NCBI GenBank assembly: GCA_950096615.1
Contig: CATNCP010000002.1
Coordinates: 61,270 to 125,269, forward strand
Direction of reading: 5' to 3'
Source of the DNA: an uncultured Kangiella sp.
GTDB lineage: Bacteria > Pseudomonadota > Gammaproteobacteria > Enterobacterales > Kangiellaceae
Length of the DNA: 64,000 bases
The position numbers and the translations under genes are program-made. This document shows, piece by piece, positions 55,507-64,000 of the stretch (its first letter is position 1; the number at the start of each line of letters is the position of its first letter). Under the pieces are notes generated by a model. The model was given only the letters and a program-made list of their open reading frames with translations. It did no database searches and was not told the origin of the DNA.

Positions 55507-55800
55507 TTACTTTTGTCGATTTATGACGGCCTCGTATTGTACGACTTCATCGTCGCCATGAACGGGGACGAGAAAGAGATCATTAACACCTAGATCTGCG
55601 TGATGAAGCGAATAAGTGGACTGTAAGAGTAATGGGTCACTTGATTCAAAGAGTAATGAAAAGCGTTCGAAGTCAGGAACATCCTTGGATGTGTGATCGC
55701 TACACTCGATGAGCTGTAAATTAAAATGTTGGTCGTTGAGTTCGACAGTAAAGTTAGTTTGTACGGCTTTACGAAAGTCTTCCTGGCTAATTTGAGACAT
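55507..55800 (-). CDS. DUF6916-like small protein
   Basis: F...LQLIEC...RFSLLF...LLQSTYSLHHADLG..DLFLVPV......YEAVIN pattern recalled from proteins found beside tail-collar genes; RBS GAAGGA. Confidence 0.7.
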   Translation of the reverse strand: MSQISQEDFRKAVQTNFTVELNDQHFNLQLIECSDHTSKDVPDFERFSLLFESSDPLLLQSTYSLHHADLGVNDLFLVPVHGDDEVVQYEAVINRQK

Positions 55801-55899
55801 GTTAATTCCTTCTTATGGATTATTTTCATGTCATGTTAACAAAGAATATATTTATTGCATCAAAAAATTAAGCGCTAGCTTAAGAATGAGGAAAGTATC

Positions 55900-58800
55900 A
55901 TGAGCCGTAGAAATATTGGCCTTGGATTGTTGAGTTTCATGACGATGTTTGCGATGACAGCAAAGGCTGCACCACAAATTAATTTAGGAAACTTGCCTGC
56001 AGGGAAGAAAGTCTCAATCAGTTATGATGTGACGATCAATACAAATGCGACAGGTAATCAAGTTAGCTCCCAAGCGCTAGTAACGGGTGCAAACTTTGCT
56101 GATGTTTCGAGTGATGATCCTGATACTGCCACGTTGAATGATGCAACGATATCGACAGTGGACGAAGCAGACACAACGCTACAACTAACAGCCAGTGACG
56201 CTACCCCCACGACGAGCGAAAATGTGACTTTCACTGCAACAGTAGACACGACCGACGGTACGTTACCAACGCCAACAGGCAACGTCGAGTTTAGAGTTGA
56301 TGGCGGTAGTGCCACTGTCGTTGCTTTGAATGCTAGCGGTGTTGCGACTTATGATGCAGTCTTTGGTGCAGGAAACTACACAGTTACAGCTGACTATATC
56401 GGCGGCACAGACAATAAAAGTTCAAGCAATAACATAGGTATTTCAGTAAGCCGAGCAAATACAACCACTGATATTACCGCAGTAAGCCCAGCAAGCATTT
56501 ATCCAGGCGATACTGTAACAGTGAGTTATAGCGTATCTGTAGAGCCAGTAGCTGGTGGTATTCCTGTTTCGGGAACAGTAGAAGTTACTGACGGGGTGGA
56601 CAGTTGTACCGCGAGTGCGTCAGCAGGGAGCTGTATGTTGCAGTTTACTACGCCTGGGAATAAAGACTTGATAGCAACATTTACCAGCGGATCGACCGAG
56701 CTTAATAACAGTGCTTCCGCGGTATACACTGTCACGGCCATTAATAATGCACCGGTACTATCAGCCATTGGCAACCAAACGATTGAAGCAACAAATGCTT
56801 TAATGTTTACTGCTAACGCTACTGATGTCGATCCAGCCGCCACTATCACTTATAGCTTAGGTGCTGGAGCGCCAGTTGGAGCTGCAATAAGTCCGATGAC
56901 TGGAGATTTTTCTTGGACCCCATCAGAGGCGCAAGGAGGAGCGGTTTACACAGTCACTATTATTGCGGCAGATCAATATAATAGTACCGACTCAGAAACA
57001 ATCAGCATTGATGTTACAGAACTGGATAACCCTCCTGTCTTAAGTAATGACGTTGTGTCAACGGATGAAGATACTCCAGTAACCTTTAACCCATTCGATA
57101 ATGATACGGAGGACAATAGTTTTGACTTCAGTACCATAAATATTGTCAGCCAGCCGTCTTCGGGAACATTGAATTTCAGCACAGCGAATGGCGAAATGAC
57201 ATACACGCCTAACGCTAACTTTAATGGTGCAGATCAAGCACAGTACCAGGTGAAAGATGATGCGGGAGCAGATTCGAATATTGCGACCATTAACTTCACT
57301 ATAAACTCGGTGAATGATTTGCCAGTGTTTGATTCGACGCCAATTACCAGTGTTATTGAAGGCGAACAATATAACTACCAGGTTGTAACTAGTGATGTGG
57401 AAGGTGACCCATTAACACTTACAGCGGTGTCATTACCTTCTTGGTTACAGCTTGTAGGAAACCAGTTAATAGGAACTCCTGTAACAGAAGATAGAGGTAA
57501 CCATGCTGTTATCATAAGTCTTACGGATGGACAGGACACTGTTGAGCAGTCTTTTGAAGTATCGGTTGTTTCTGTACATAGCAATGACTTGTCTATTGAA
57601 AAATCACTTGATACTGAGAGCCCTCTATTAGGTGAAGAATTTACGTTGACTTATCGAATAACGAATAGCGGTCCTGACCTGGCTTCTGGTGTTGTATTAG
57701 ATGCTGAGATAACAGGTGATGCCGTTGTTACCTCCGGGGACAGCCGTTGCCAAATTAATTTTCCTGCGCTTAGCTGTAATATTGGTCCTGTTTCAGTTGA
57801 TGAGGCGCAAGAGGTTAGCGTGACCATGACGAGTCAGGCGTTAGGTGATGTTTATTATTATGCAAAGATATCATCAAATGACGACTTTGATGCGTCTAAT
57901 AATGAGCTAGGATTTGGCTTGTCGGTAACCAATGGTTTGATGACTGACAAAGCGACTACTGTTGGTGAGGCGAAAGCTCAATTAGCTGTGACAGGAGATG
58001 TTGATAACGATGGTGATGATGACATCGTGCTCTTACGTGGCGCTAACGCTTTAGCCTCGGTCTTTATTAATCAAAACTCGAACAGTTTTGAAAAAGCGTC
58101 TGACGTAGTTGGTATTGAGTCTCCTGTTGCTGCGCAGCTTGAGTATATTAATGACGATAATTATATCGATTTAGTCGTGGCCACTAGCCAAAATAATCAA
58201 ACATTAGTCTTTGCTGGCGACGGGTTGGGCGGTTTCATTTTAGAGCAGTCTCTTGGTTTATCAGATAATACCAGTGTGGATATAGCAGATTTAAATAATG
58301 ATGGCTGGATGGACATAGTTTTCATTAATGATGGTGCGGCTGATGAAGTATATTTAAACCAAGGTGGATCATTACAGTTTAGTCATCTGCTAGGTGATGT
58401 GAGTACAAGTCTTGCTATAGCGTTAGCAGATGTTGATGGCAATGGTATGATTGATGCGATAATTAGTAAAGCAGATGGTACCAGCCACTACTTTAGTAAT
58501 GCCCAGCTTTTGGATACTTCGGGAATAAGTAGCTATTCGTCAATTGATACGGGGTTAATTAGTGATATTACAACCATGGATTTGGATAATGACGGCATGG
58601 AGGAGTTTGTTTTAGGAGGCTCAATTGATAAGGATAACTATGAGAAAGTTCCAAGCAATAAAGTTTACGGTTGGAATGGTACTCTTGTAGAGAGGCTAAA
58701 TTTTGGTGGTGTCGACACTAATCAAGTCATTATATCTGACATTGATGGTGATGGTGATGAAGATCTCTTTGTTGCGAATGACTCAGGCTACCATCAAGTT

Positions 58801-59433
58801 TACCAGAATGATTCTGGTAATTTTACAGTAGCGAGTAAACTGTTATTCAACAAGGACTACACAAGCGCAGCTTGGGTGCTTGGCGACCATGGGGTAGATA
58901 ATTTATTACTAGCCGAATCAATAGCTGAAGGAAGTGCTTTATATTATAATCAAGGCGGCGGAAACTTTGGTCAAGCTTTCACGGATCTAGCGTTAACCTA
59001 TACCGCGAGTGTGTCGACAGTCACTATCGATGGTGTTATTGAAGCGCAATTGATGGCAACGAATAATGGACCAAGTTCAGCACAAGAAGTTAGCTTAACA
59101 GCCTCAATTAACTCGCAGGTCAATGTCATCCGCTTTGGTTCGGGTGGCGAGGATTGTACGGTGACTGACTCAGCGCTTAGTTGTGAAGTTGGTACTTTGA
59201 TGCCAGGTGAGAGTGTCATGATCCCGCTGAGACTTCTGGCAATGAATACTGGCGAAGCCGTAATTAGGGCTGAAGTGTCGTCACCCATTGATGGCTTAAA
59301 CCCGAGTAATGATACACAAGAAGTTCGTATTAATGTCATAGAGAAGAAAGACTCAGGTGGTGGTCAAGTTGGCTTGGTTCTTCTACTGTTATTAATGCTG
59401 GCCGGGGTTCGTCGCAGAAAATATTGTAAATAG
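55900..59433 (+). CDS. Large surface protein: partial DUF11, Ig-like domains, DUF11, FG-GAP/VCBS beta-propeller, DUF11, GlyGly-CTERM anchor
   Basis: Signal ending AKA; Big_3/He_PIG/tandem-95-like segments; DLSIEK...TNSGPD; six Dx(D/N)xDG repeats; C-terminal DSGGGQVGLVLLLLLMLAGVRRRKYCK. Confidence 0.88.
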   Translation: MSRRNIGLGLLSFMTMFAMTAKAAPQINLGNLPAGKKVSISYDVTINTNATGNQVSSQALVTGANFADVSSDDPDTATLNDATISTVDEADTTLQLTASDATPTTSENVTFTATVDTTDGTLPTPTGNVEFRVDGGSATVVALNASGVATYDAVFGAGNYTVTADYIGGTDNKSSSNNIGISVSRANTTTDITAVSPASIYPGDTVTVSYSVSVEPVAGGIPVSGTVEVTDGVDSCTASASAGSCMLQFTTPGNKDLIATFTSGSTELNNSASAVYTVTAINNAPVLSAIGNQTIEATNALMFTANATDVDPAATITYSLGAGAPVGAAISPMTGDFSWTPSEAQGGAVYTVTIIAADQYNSTDSETISIDVTELDNPPVLSNDVVSTDEDTPVTFNPFDNDTEDNSFDFSTINIVSQPSSGTLNFSTANGEMTYTPNANFNGADQAQYQVKDDAGADSNIATINFTINSVNDLPVFDSTPITSVIEGEQYNYQVVTSDVEGDPLTLTAVSLPSWLQLVGNQLIGTPVTEDRGNHAVIISLTDGQDTVEQSFEVSVVSVHSNDLSIEKSLDTESPLLGEEFTLTYRITNSGPDLASGVVLDAEITGDAVVTSGDSRCQINFPALSCNIGPVSVDEAQEVSVTMTSQALGDVYYYAKISSNDDFDASNNELGFGLSVTNGLMTDKATTVGEAKAQLAVTGDVDNDGDDDIVLLRGANALASVFINQNSNSFEKASDVVGIESPVAAQLEYINDDNYIDLVVATSQNNQTLVFAGDGLGGFILEQSLGLSDNTSVDIADLNNDGWMDIVFINDGAADEVYLNQGGSLQFSHLLGDVSTSLAIALADVDGNGMIDAIISKADGTSHYFSNAQLLDTSGISSYSSIDTGLISDITTMDLDNDGMEEFVLGGSIDKDNYEKVPSNKVYGWNGTLVERLNFGGVDTNQVIISDIDGDGDEDLFVANDSGYHQVYQNDSGNFTVASKLLFNKDYTSAAWVLGDHGVDNLLLAESIAEGSALYYNQGGGNFGQAFTDLALTYTASVSTVTIDGVIEAQLMATNNGPSSAQEVSLTASINSQVNVIRFGSGGEDCTVTDSALSCEVGTLMPGESVMIPLRLLAMNTGEAVIRAEVSSPIDGLNPSNDTQEVRINVIEKKDSGGGQVGLVLLLLLMLAGVRRRKYCK

Positions 59434-59437
59434 CTAG

Positions 59438-59459
59438 AGGCCAGAGGTCTGGCCTTTTG
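59438..59459 (+). terminator. Rho-independent terminator
   Basis: AGGCCAG-aggt-CTGGCCT followed by TTTGT. Confidence 0.7.
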
Positions 59460-59510
59460 TGCTTAAATAAGGTATCTATAGGGTTTTGCCAAGTTATATA
59501 GGTACCTTGT

Positions 59511-60386
59511 TTGGGTTTTGTCACAAAAGAAATTAGTTTTATAGCTGAGGATGGCTTTAAGCTCAATGGCGCTGTATTTTCAGCGATAGGAAGTTCTGAC
59601 AACTCCAATCGCGTCTTAATCATCGGATCTGCATTCGGTGTCCCCTATCAATACTATAAACATATTGCTGGTTTTTTAGCCGAGCAAGGCATGGCGGTAT
59701 TGGTTTTTGACTACCGTGGAATAAGTCATTCGAAACACGGCAATATGGCGACTAATCGGATCTTAATGCAACATTGGGGGCAACTGGATTTAGAGGCCGC
59801 TATTCAATTTGTACAGTCAGAATATCAACCCAAAAACATATCTTACTTAGGGCATAGCGCTGGCGGGCAAATTATTGGATTAGCGCCCTCTAGCCATGCC
59901 TTTGATAAAATTATTATCGCCGCCAGTGGTGTCGGAGCTTGGCGTTTATGGCCAGGCGTACAGAAATACGCATTGGCAGCAATCTGGTATTTGGTCTTCC
60001 CTGTAGTTATGGCATTTCAATTTGGAGACTTCTTCAAATCACGTTTTTTGGGCCCTATTCCAGTCCCTAAAACAGCCGTAAAACAGTGGCTTACTTGGGC
60101 GCGGTCCAGAGAATACCTGTTTTCACCTGAGCACGGTCTTGAGCTCTCTGGCTATAAGCGTATCGATGCAGACATCTTAGGAATAACGATCAGTGACGAT
60201 TGGTATGCACCAAAAGAGGCACGTGATGGCTTATTAAAACACTATCCTAATGCCAACAAAGAAGTTTTGAATATTTCACCAAAATCGTTAGAACGAAAGA
60301 GTATAGGACACTTCGGTTTGTTCAAGAAAAAACAGGAAATAAAAGACGGAATATGGCAACCTATAGTTAATTTTTTGGATGATTAG
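59511..60386 (+). CDS. Alpha/beta-fold hydrolase
   Basis: FDYRGI, nucleophile elbow GHSAGG, DDWYAP, IGHFGLF. Confidence 0.88.
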   Translation: MGFVTKEISFIAEDGFKLNGAVFSAIGSSDNSNRVLIIGSAFGVPYQYYKHIAGFLAEQGMAVLVFDYRGISHSKHGNMATNRILMQHWGQLDLEAAIQFVQSEYQPKNISYLGHSAGGQIIGLAPSSHAFDKIIIAASGVGAWRLWPGVQKYALAAIWYLVFPVVMAFQFGDFFKSRFLGPIPVPKTAVKQWLTWARSREYLFSPEHGLELSGYKRIDADILGITISDDWYAPKEARDGLLKHYPNANKEVLNISPKSLERKSIGHFGLFKKKQEIKDGIWQPIVNFLDD

Positions 60387-60396
60387 GAAGAGTTAA

Positions 60397-60894
60397 ATGT
60401 CAGAACGCGAACAGAGAACGTCTGAAGCCATAGAAACGTGGAACTTCGTTTTCCCAAACCAAAGTAATCCCTACGGTAATATGTTCGGTGGTGAATTGCT
60501 AGCGATCATGGACTCAACGGCAGCCTTAGCAGCGATTCGTTACTCAGGAAAAACGGTATCAACAGCCTCGGTTGAGCGAGTGATTTTCAAGCGTCCAATA
60601 TTTGTTGGTGATCGTATTAAAACCGTGGCGAAAGTCGTTTTGGTTGGTAGTTCATCAATGATGGTGCGCACTGACGTTTTTGTGGATAAAGGTGGTGATG
60701 AGGGTGATGTCTTAAGTACTACGGCTCATTTTACTTTAGTTGCTTTTGATGAAGATCGTAACCCTGTGACAGTTCCAGATCTGATTATTGAAACCGATAA
60801 AGAGCGCAAACACTTTGAATTAGCTGAACAAATTAAATCACATGTTGGACGTCGTGAGGGTCGAATCAAGCATGTGGTAGAGAAGTGGAAGTAA
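60397..60894 (+). CDS. Acyl-CoA thioesterase (HotDog fold, YciA-like)
   Basis: NPYGNMFGGELLAIMD, FKRPIFVGD, VGSSSM. Confidence 0.9.
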   Translation: MSEREQRTSEAIETWNFVFPNQSNPYGNMFGGELLAIMDSTAALAAIRYSGKTVSTASVERVIFKRPIFVGDRIKTVAKVVLVGSSSMMVRTDVFVDKGGDEGDVLSTTAHFTLVAFDEDRNPVTVPDLIIETDKERKHFELAEQIKSHVGRREGRIKHVVEKWK

Positions 60895-60928
60895 TCAGGT
60901 TTGGTTTATAAGTGATTGGGCATAGTTG

Positions 60929-60959
60929 AAGTTGCTAGCCAAAAAAAAGCTAGCAACTT
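60929..60959. terminator. Bidirectional terminator-like hairpin
   Basis: AAGTTGCTAGC / GCTAGCAACTT 11-bp inverted repeat between convergent genes. Confidence 0.7.
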
Positions 60960-60968
60960 GGTGTTTTT

Positions 60969-61250
60969 TTATCGTGTTTCAGGGGCTGACATGCTACTAC
61001 CTTGTAACCTTTGAACTTCTTCTTTATCGCGTTGTTGCTTGGTAGCGTACTCTTCTTTAGTCCAGCACTGTAGTTTTTTGAAGTTAGAACCCACTTGGTG
61101 AGTCTTTTGGCAAATATATTTTGATTTGCCGTCTTCATCTTTTGCAACTTTTTTTGATTCTTCTGAAGTGTTAGCCGCAGTTTGGGAGCTGGTTGAAGCA
61201 CAGCCAATAAATGCGAAAGCAAGCCCTATAATTATCAATGGTTTAAACAT
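60969..61250 (-). CDS. Small hypothetical lipoprotein (93 aa)
   Basis: Start re-assigned to ATG 61250 after GAAAGGA; MFKPLIIIGLAFAFIG|C; internal Cys pair YICQ...LQCW. Confidence 0.8.
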   Translation of the reverse strand: MFKPLIIIGLAFAFIGCASTSSQTAANTSEESKKVAKDEDGKSKYICQKTHQVGSNFKKLQCWTKEEYATKQQRDKEEVQRLQGSSMSAPETR

Positions 61251-61549
61251 ACTTAAGTCCTTTCTTATATAAATGAGCATCGAACGTAGCAAAAAACATG
61301 AGTAAAAATAAAGTCTAACTATGTAACAAAATATATCAATTGCCAGATTATTTGAATAAATGAGAATTGTGTCACAAAATATATCTGAGGTTATACGCCG
61401 CTGTACAAAGTACAAACAGTTATAAACAACAGAGCAGGAGCCTAGGGCGATGGCTTGTGGTGGAGCTCACTTAAAAAAGGCCAGCTAACCAGCTGGATGA
61501 AAGAGAACATTTTTTGGCAGTAAGCTTAGTGATTGGAAAAACTTTAATG

Positions 61550-61570
61550 AAGGCTGCCTGAAGCAGCCTT
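61550..61570 (-). terminator. Hairpin downstream of rhlB
   Basis: AAGGCTGC-ctgaa-GCAGCCTT. Confidence 0.55.
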
Positions 61571-61584
61571 TGCGTTATAACCAA

Positions 61585-62826
61585 CTAGCCTTTCGATTGG
61601 CGTCGCTGTGTTGGGTGACGACGCTTTTGCTTTAGCGGGATTGATGGTTTGAGATCTGCTAAATACTCAGGCTTGATTTCAAGCTTTGGCAACTCATGCC
61701 CCACATATTCTTCAATAGCGGTAAGGTTCATGGCGAAGTCTTCGCCTGCAAAGCTAACAGCATCGCCTTCCGCTCCGGCGCGAGCCGTACGACCGATACG
61801 ATGAACATAATCTTCAGCATCATCCGGCAAGTGGTAATTGAAAACGTGGGTCACATCATCAATATGCAATCCGCGAGCGGCTACGTCAGTACAAACCAGC
61901 ACATTAACCGCATTATTCTTAAGGTCGTCTAACAGCTTTAAGCGCTTCTTTTGGTGAACATCACCTGTAAGCAACCCAGCTTCAATATCGTTTCCGCGTA
62001 AACAAGCCCAGACGTGCTCTGCCGCACGCTTAGTGTTGGTGAATACGATGCTGCGAGGTGGCGTTAAACGCTGCATTAAACCGACCAATAGCGGCAGGGC
62101 TTCATCACGACTCGGATAAAACAAAGCTTCCCGGATTTTCTTAGCCGTAATTTGCTCTGCGGCAACCTGAACATGCTCAGGATTGTGCATATGCTCATAC
62201 GCTAATTCTTGAACACGGTGCGATAAGGTAGCTGAGAACAACATGTTCATTCGGTCATTCGCCGGAGGCATGCGGCGGAATAAATAGCGGATGTCTTTAA
62301 TAAAGCCGAGATCGAACATACGATCCGCTTCATCTAAAACCACGCTATCAATGGCTTCTAGACCATAAGCACCTTGCTTCAAATAGTCGATTAAGCGACC
62401 CGTAGTACCAATAAGGATGTCGACGCCCTTTTCCAATTGAAGGCGTTGTTTTTCATGATCCTCGCCCCCATATACCACTCGAATCTTAAATTTTGAATGC
62501 TTAGCAAGCTTTAAGGCGTCTTTAGCGATTTGAACCGCTAACTCACGAGTTGGCGCCATGATGATAGAGCGAGGTTCGTTAGCGCGGCGACCATCAATTT
62601 CAGGCAGGGTTAACATATCATTCATGACCCCAAGCAGAAATGCGATGGTTTTTCCAGTACCTGTTTGTGCTTGGCCAGCAACATTTTGTCCTTTCAGTAA
62701 TAAAGGTAATGTTTTAGCCTGAATAGGCGTACAGTATTGGAAACCCAGGTCATTGATTGCCGAAAGTAACTTCGGATGCAGACCTAAATCGCTAAAGCGA
62801 GTGTCGGATAAATGTGATTTGTCCAT
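61585..62826 (-). CDS. rhlB: ATP-dependent RNA helicase RhlB (DEAD box)
   Basis: [41 protein letters not shown]; divergent from trxA-rho. Confidence 0.95.
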   Translation of the reverse strand: MDKSHLSDTRFSDLGLHPKLLSAINDLGFQYCTPIQAKTLPLLLKGQNVAGQAQTGTGKTIAFLLGVMNDMLTLPEIDGRRANEPRSIIMAPTRELAVQIAKDALKLAKHSKFKIRVVYGGEDHEKQRLQLEKGVDILIGTTGRLIDYLKQGAYGLEAIDSVVLDEADRMFDLGFIKDIRYLFRRMPPANDRMNMLFSATLSHRVQELAYEHMHNPEHVQVAAEQITAKKIREALFYPSRDEALPLLVGLMQRLTPPRSIVFTNTKRAAEHVWACLRGNDIEAGLLTGDVHQKKRLKLLDDLKNNAVNVLVCTDVAARGLHIDDVTHVFNYHLPDDAEDYVHRIGRTARAGAEGDAVSFAGEDFAMNLTAIEEYVGHELPKLEIKPEYLADLKPSIPLKQKRRHPTQRRQSKG

Positions 62827-62940
62827 CTATTATAACTTTTTACCATTGGATGCTTGCAAAATTGCAAGTCATTGTATCAAATAGAGCCATTGTGCGTCTG
62901 ATAGCTACCAAGCGCAAGTGAATTAGTAGGAGAAAACTGA

Positions 62941-63267
62941 ATGAGCGACAAAATTGTATACGTAAGCGATGCTACTTTTGAAGAAGAAGTATTGAATTCT
63001 GACAGCCCAGTATTAGTCGACTATTGGGCGGAATGGTGTGGACCTTGTAAAATGATTGCACCGATTCTAGATGAAATTGCTGAGTCGTATGAAGGCAAAG
63101 TAAAAGTTGCTAAATTAAACATTGATGAGAATAACGAAACGCCACCTAAGTATGGTATTCGTGGTATTCCAACATTAATGCTATTTAAAGGCGGCAACGT
63201 CGAAGCGACTAAAGTCGGCGCTGTCTCAAAATCACAATTGATGGCTTTCATCGACAGCAATATCTAA
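62941..63267 (+). CDS. trxA: Thioredoxin 1
   Basis: [19 protein letters not shown]. Confidence 0.99.
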   Translation: MSDKIVYVSDATFEEEVLNSDSPVLVDYWAEWCGPCKMIAPILDEIAESYEGKVKVAKLNIDENNETPPKYGIRGIPTLMLFKGGNVEATKVGAVSKSQLMAFIDSNI

Positions 63268-63291
63268 GCTGATCAAAAGCCGTAGATTAAG

Positions 63292-63315
63292 AAAGAGGCT
63301 TCGGCCTCTTTTTTG
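63292..63315 (+). terminator. Rho-independent terminator of trxA
   Basis: AAAGAGGC-ttcg-GCCTCTTT plus T-run. Confidence 0.9.
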
Positions 63316-63380
63316 TTTCTTCTATTGTGTTAATAACGTCAATAATTGTAGTTGGTTGGCTATTTGTTGAGCTAAAAAGC

Positions 63381-63409
63381 TAGACACCTCTAAAATCTAG
63401 TGCTACATT
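63381..63409 (+). promoter_or_regulatory. sigma70-type promoter of rho
   Basis: TAGACA (63381-63386), 17-bp spacer, extended -10 TGc-TACATT (63404-63409). Confidence 0.6.
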
Positions 63410-63536
63410 TAACCTTGCTGAACACAGCGTCCAAACAAAAGCCTTCGGGCAAACTCCGTTTCTATTCCAAAACACTAATTTCACGGGAACACTAAGCATT
63501 GTCTATCAATGCGTCAAAAGACAATCATTCAACATT

Positions 63537-64000
63537 ATGAATCTTACAGAATTAAAGCAGAAATCCGCTCAAGAACTGTCTGAGATGGCTAAAGCTGTCG
63601 GTCTCGAGCACATGGCGCGTATGCGCAAACAGGACATCATCTTTGGACTACTTAAGAATCACGCCAAAAGCGGCGAAGATATCTTTGGTGGTGGAGTTTT
63701 AGAAATCTTGCCGGATGGTTTCGGTTTTTTACGCTCAGCAGAAGGCTCTTATTTAGCAGGTCCGGACGATATTTACGTCTCGCCAAGCCAAATCCGACGC
63801 TTTAACCTACGAACGGGTGATACCATTTTCGGCAAAATACGCCCACCTAAAGATCAGGAACGCTATTTTGCCCTATTAAAAGTCGCAGAAATTAACTACG
63901 ACAGCCCAGAAAACTCCCGCCGCAAACTCTTATTCGAAAACTTAACACCGCTACACCCTGACGATCGTATGCGCATGGAGCGTGGTAACGGTTCGACGGA
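63537..64000 (+). CDS. rho: Transcription termination factor Rho (runs off the right edge of the window)
   Basis: Not in ORF track. Manual translation [14 protein letters not shown]...[15 protein letters not shown]...[19 protein letters not shown]. Confidence 0.98.
   Translation, partial: MNLTELKQKSAQELSEMAKAVGLEHMARMRKQDIIFGLLKNHAKSGEDIFGGGVLEILPDGFGFLRSAEGSYLAGPDDIYVSPSQIRRFNLRTGDTIFGKIRPPKDQERYFALLKVAEINYDSPENSRRKLLFENLTPLHPDDRMRMERGNGST

Overview
Replication-origin region of an AT-moderate gammaproteobacterial chromosome, probably marine. The gene order and genes resemble Kangiella/Pleionea-type organisms, but this taxon call is inference only. The conserved backbone runs dnaN(partial)-dnaA-oriC-rpmH-rnpA-yidD-yidC-mnmE ... 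mnmG-rsmG-parAB-atpIBEFHAGDC ... glmU-glmS-dsbA x2-lpxL-like, trkHA-rsmB-fmt-def, tsaP-like LysM-dprA-smg ... tsaC-hemF-hemB ... rhlB-trxA-rho(partial). Accessory DNA is inserted at several conserved junctions. (i) After mnmE there is an AT-rich M15/LAS zinc-peptidase gene overlapped by a lipoprotein gene, a candidate orphan cell-wall toxin/immunity pair. (ii) Between mnmG and rsmG there is a ~220-nt multi-hairpin palindromic element. (iii) Between atpC and glmU there is a lipoprotein metzincin. (iv) Between smg and tsaC there is a tlpA-dsbG block. (v) The most striking insert is an ~11-kb phage-free cassette (48609-59433): a 1595-aa secreted beta-helical protein, three tandem tail-collar/short-tail-fibre paralogues, a GNAT, a DUF6916-like protein and a 1177-aa Ig/FG-GAP protein with a GlyGly-CTERM anchor. 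The mature N-termini of the two giant proteins look like the two complementary halves of one DUF11 Ig-like domain, suggesting they dock into a single anchored surface fibre. No rRNA, tRNA, CRISPR array, integrase or transposase was recognised. All family assignments come from motif recognition by eye, not from database searches.
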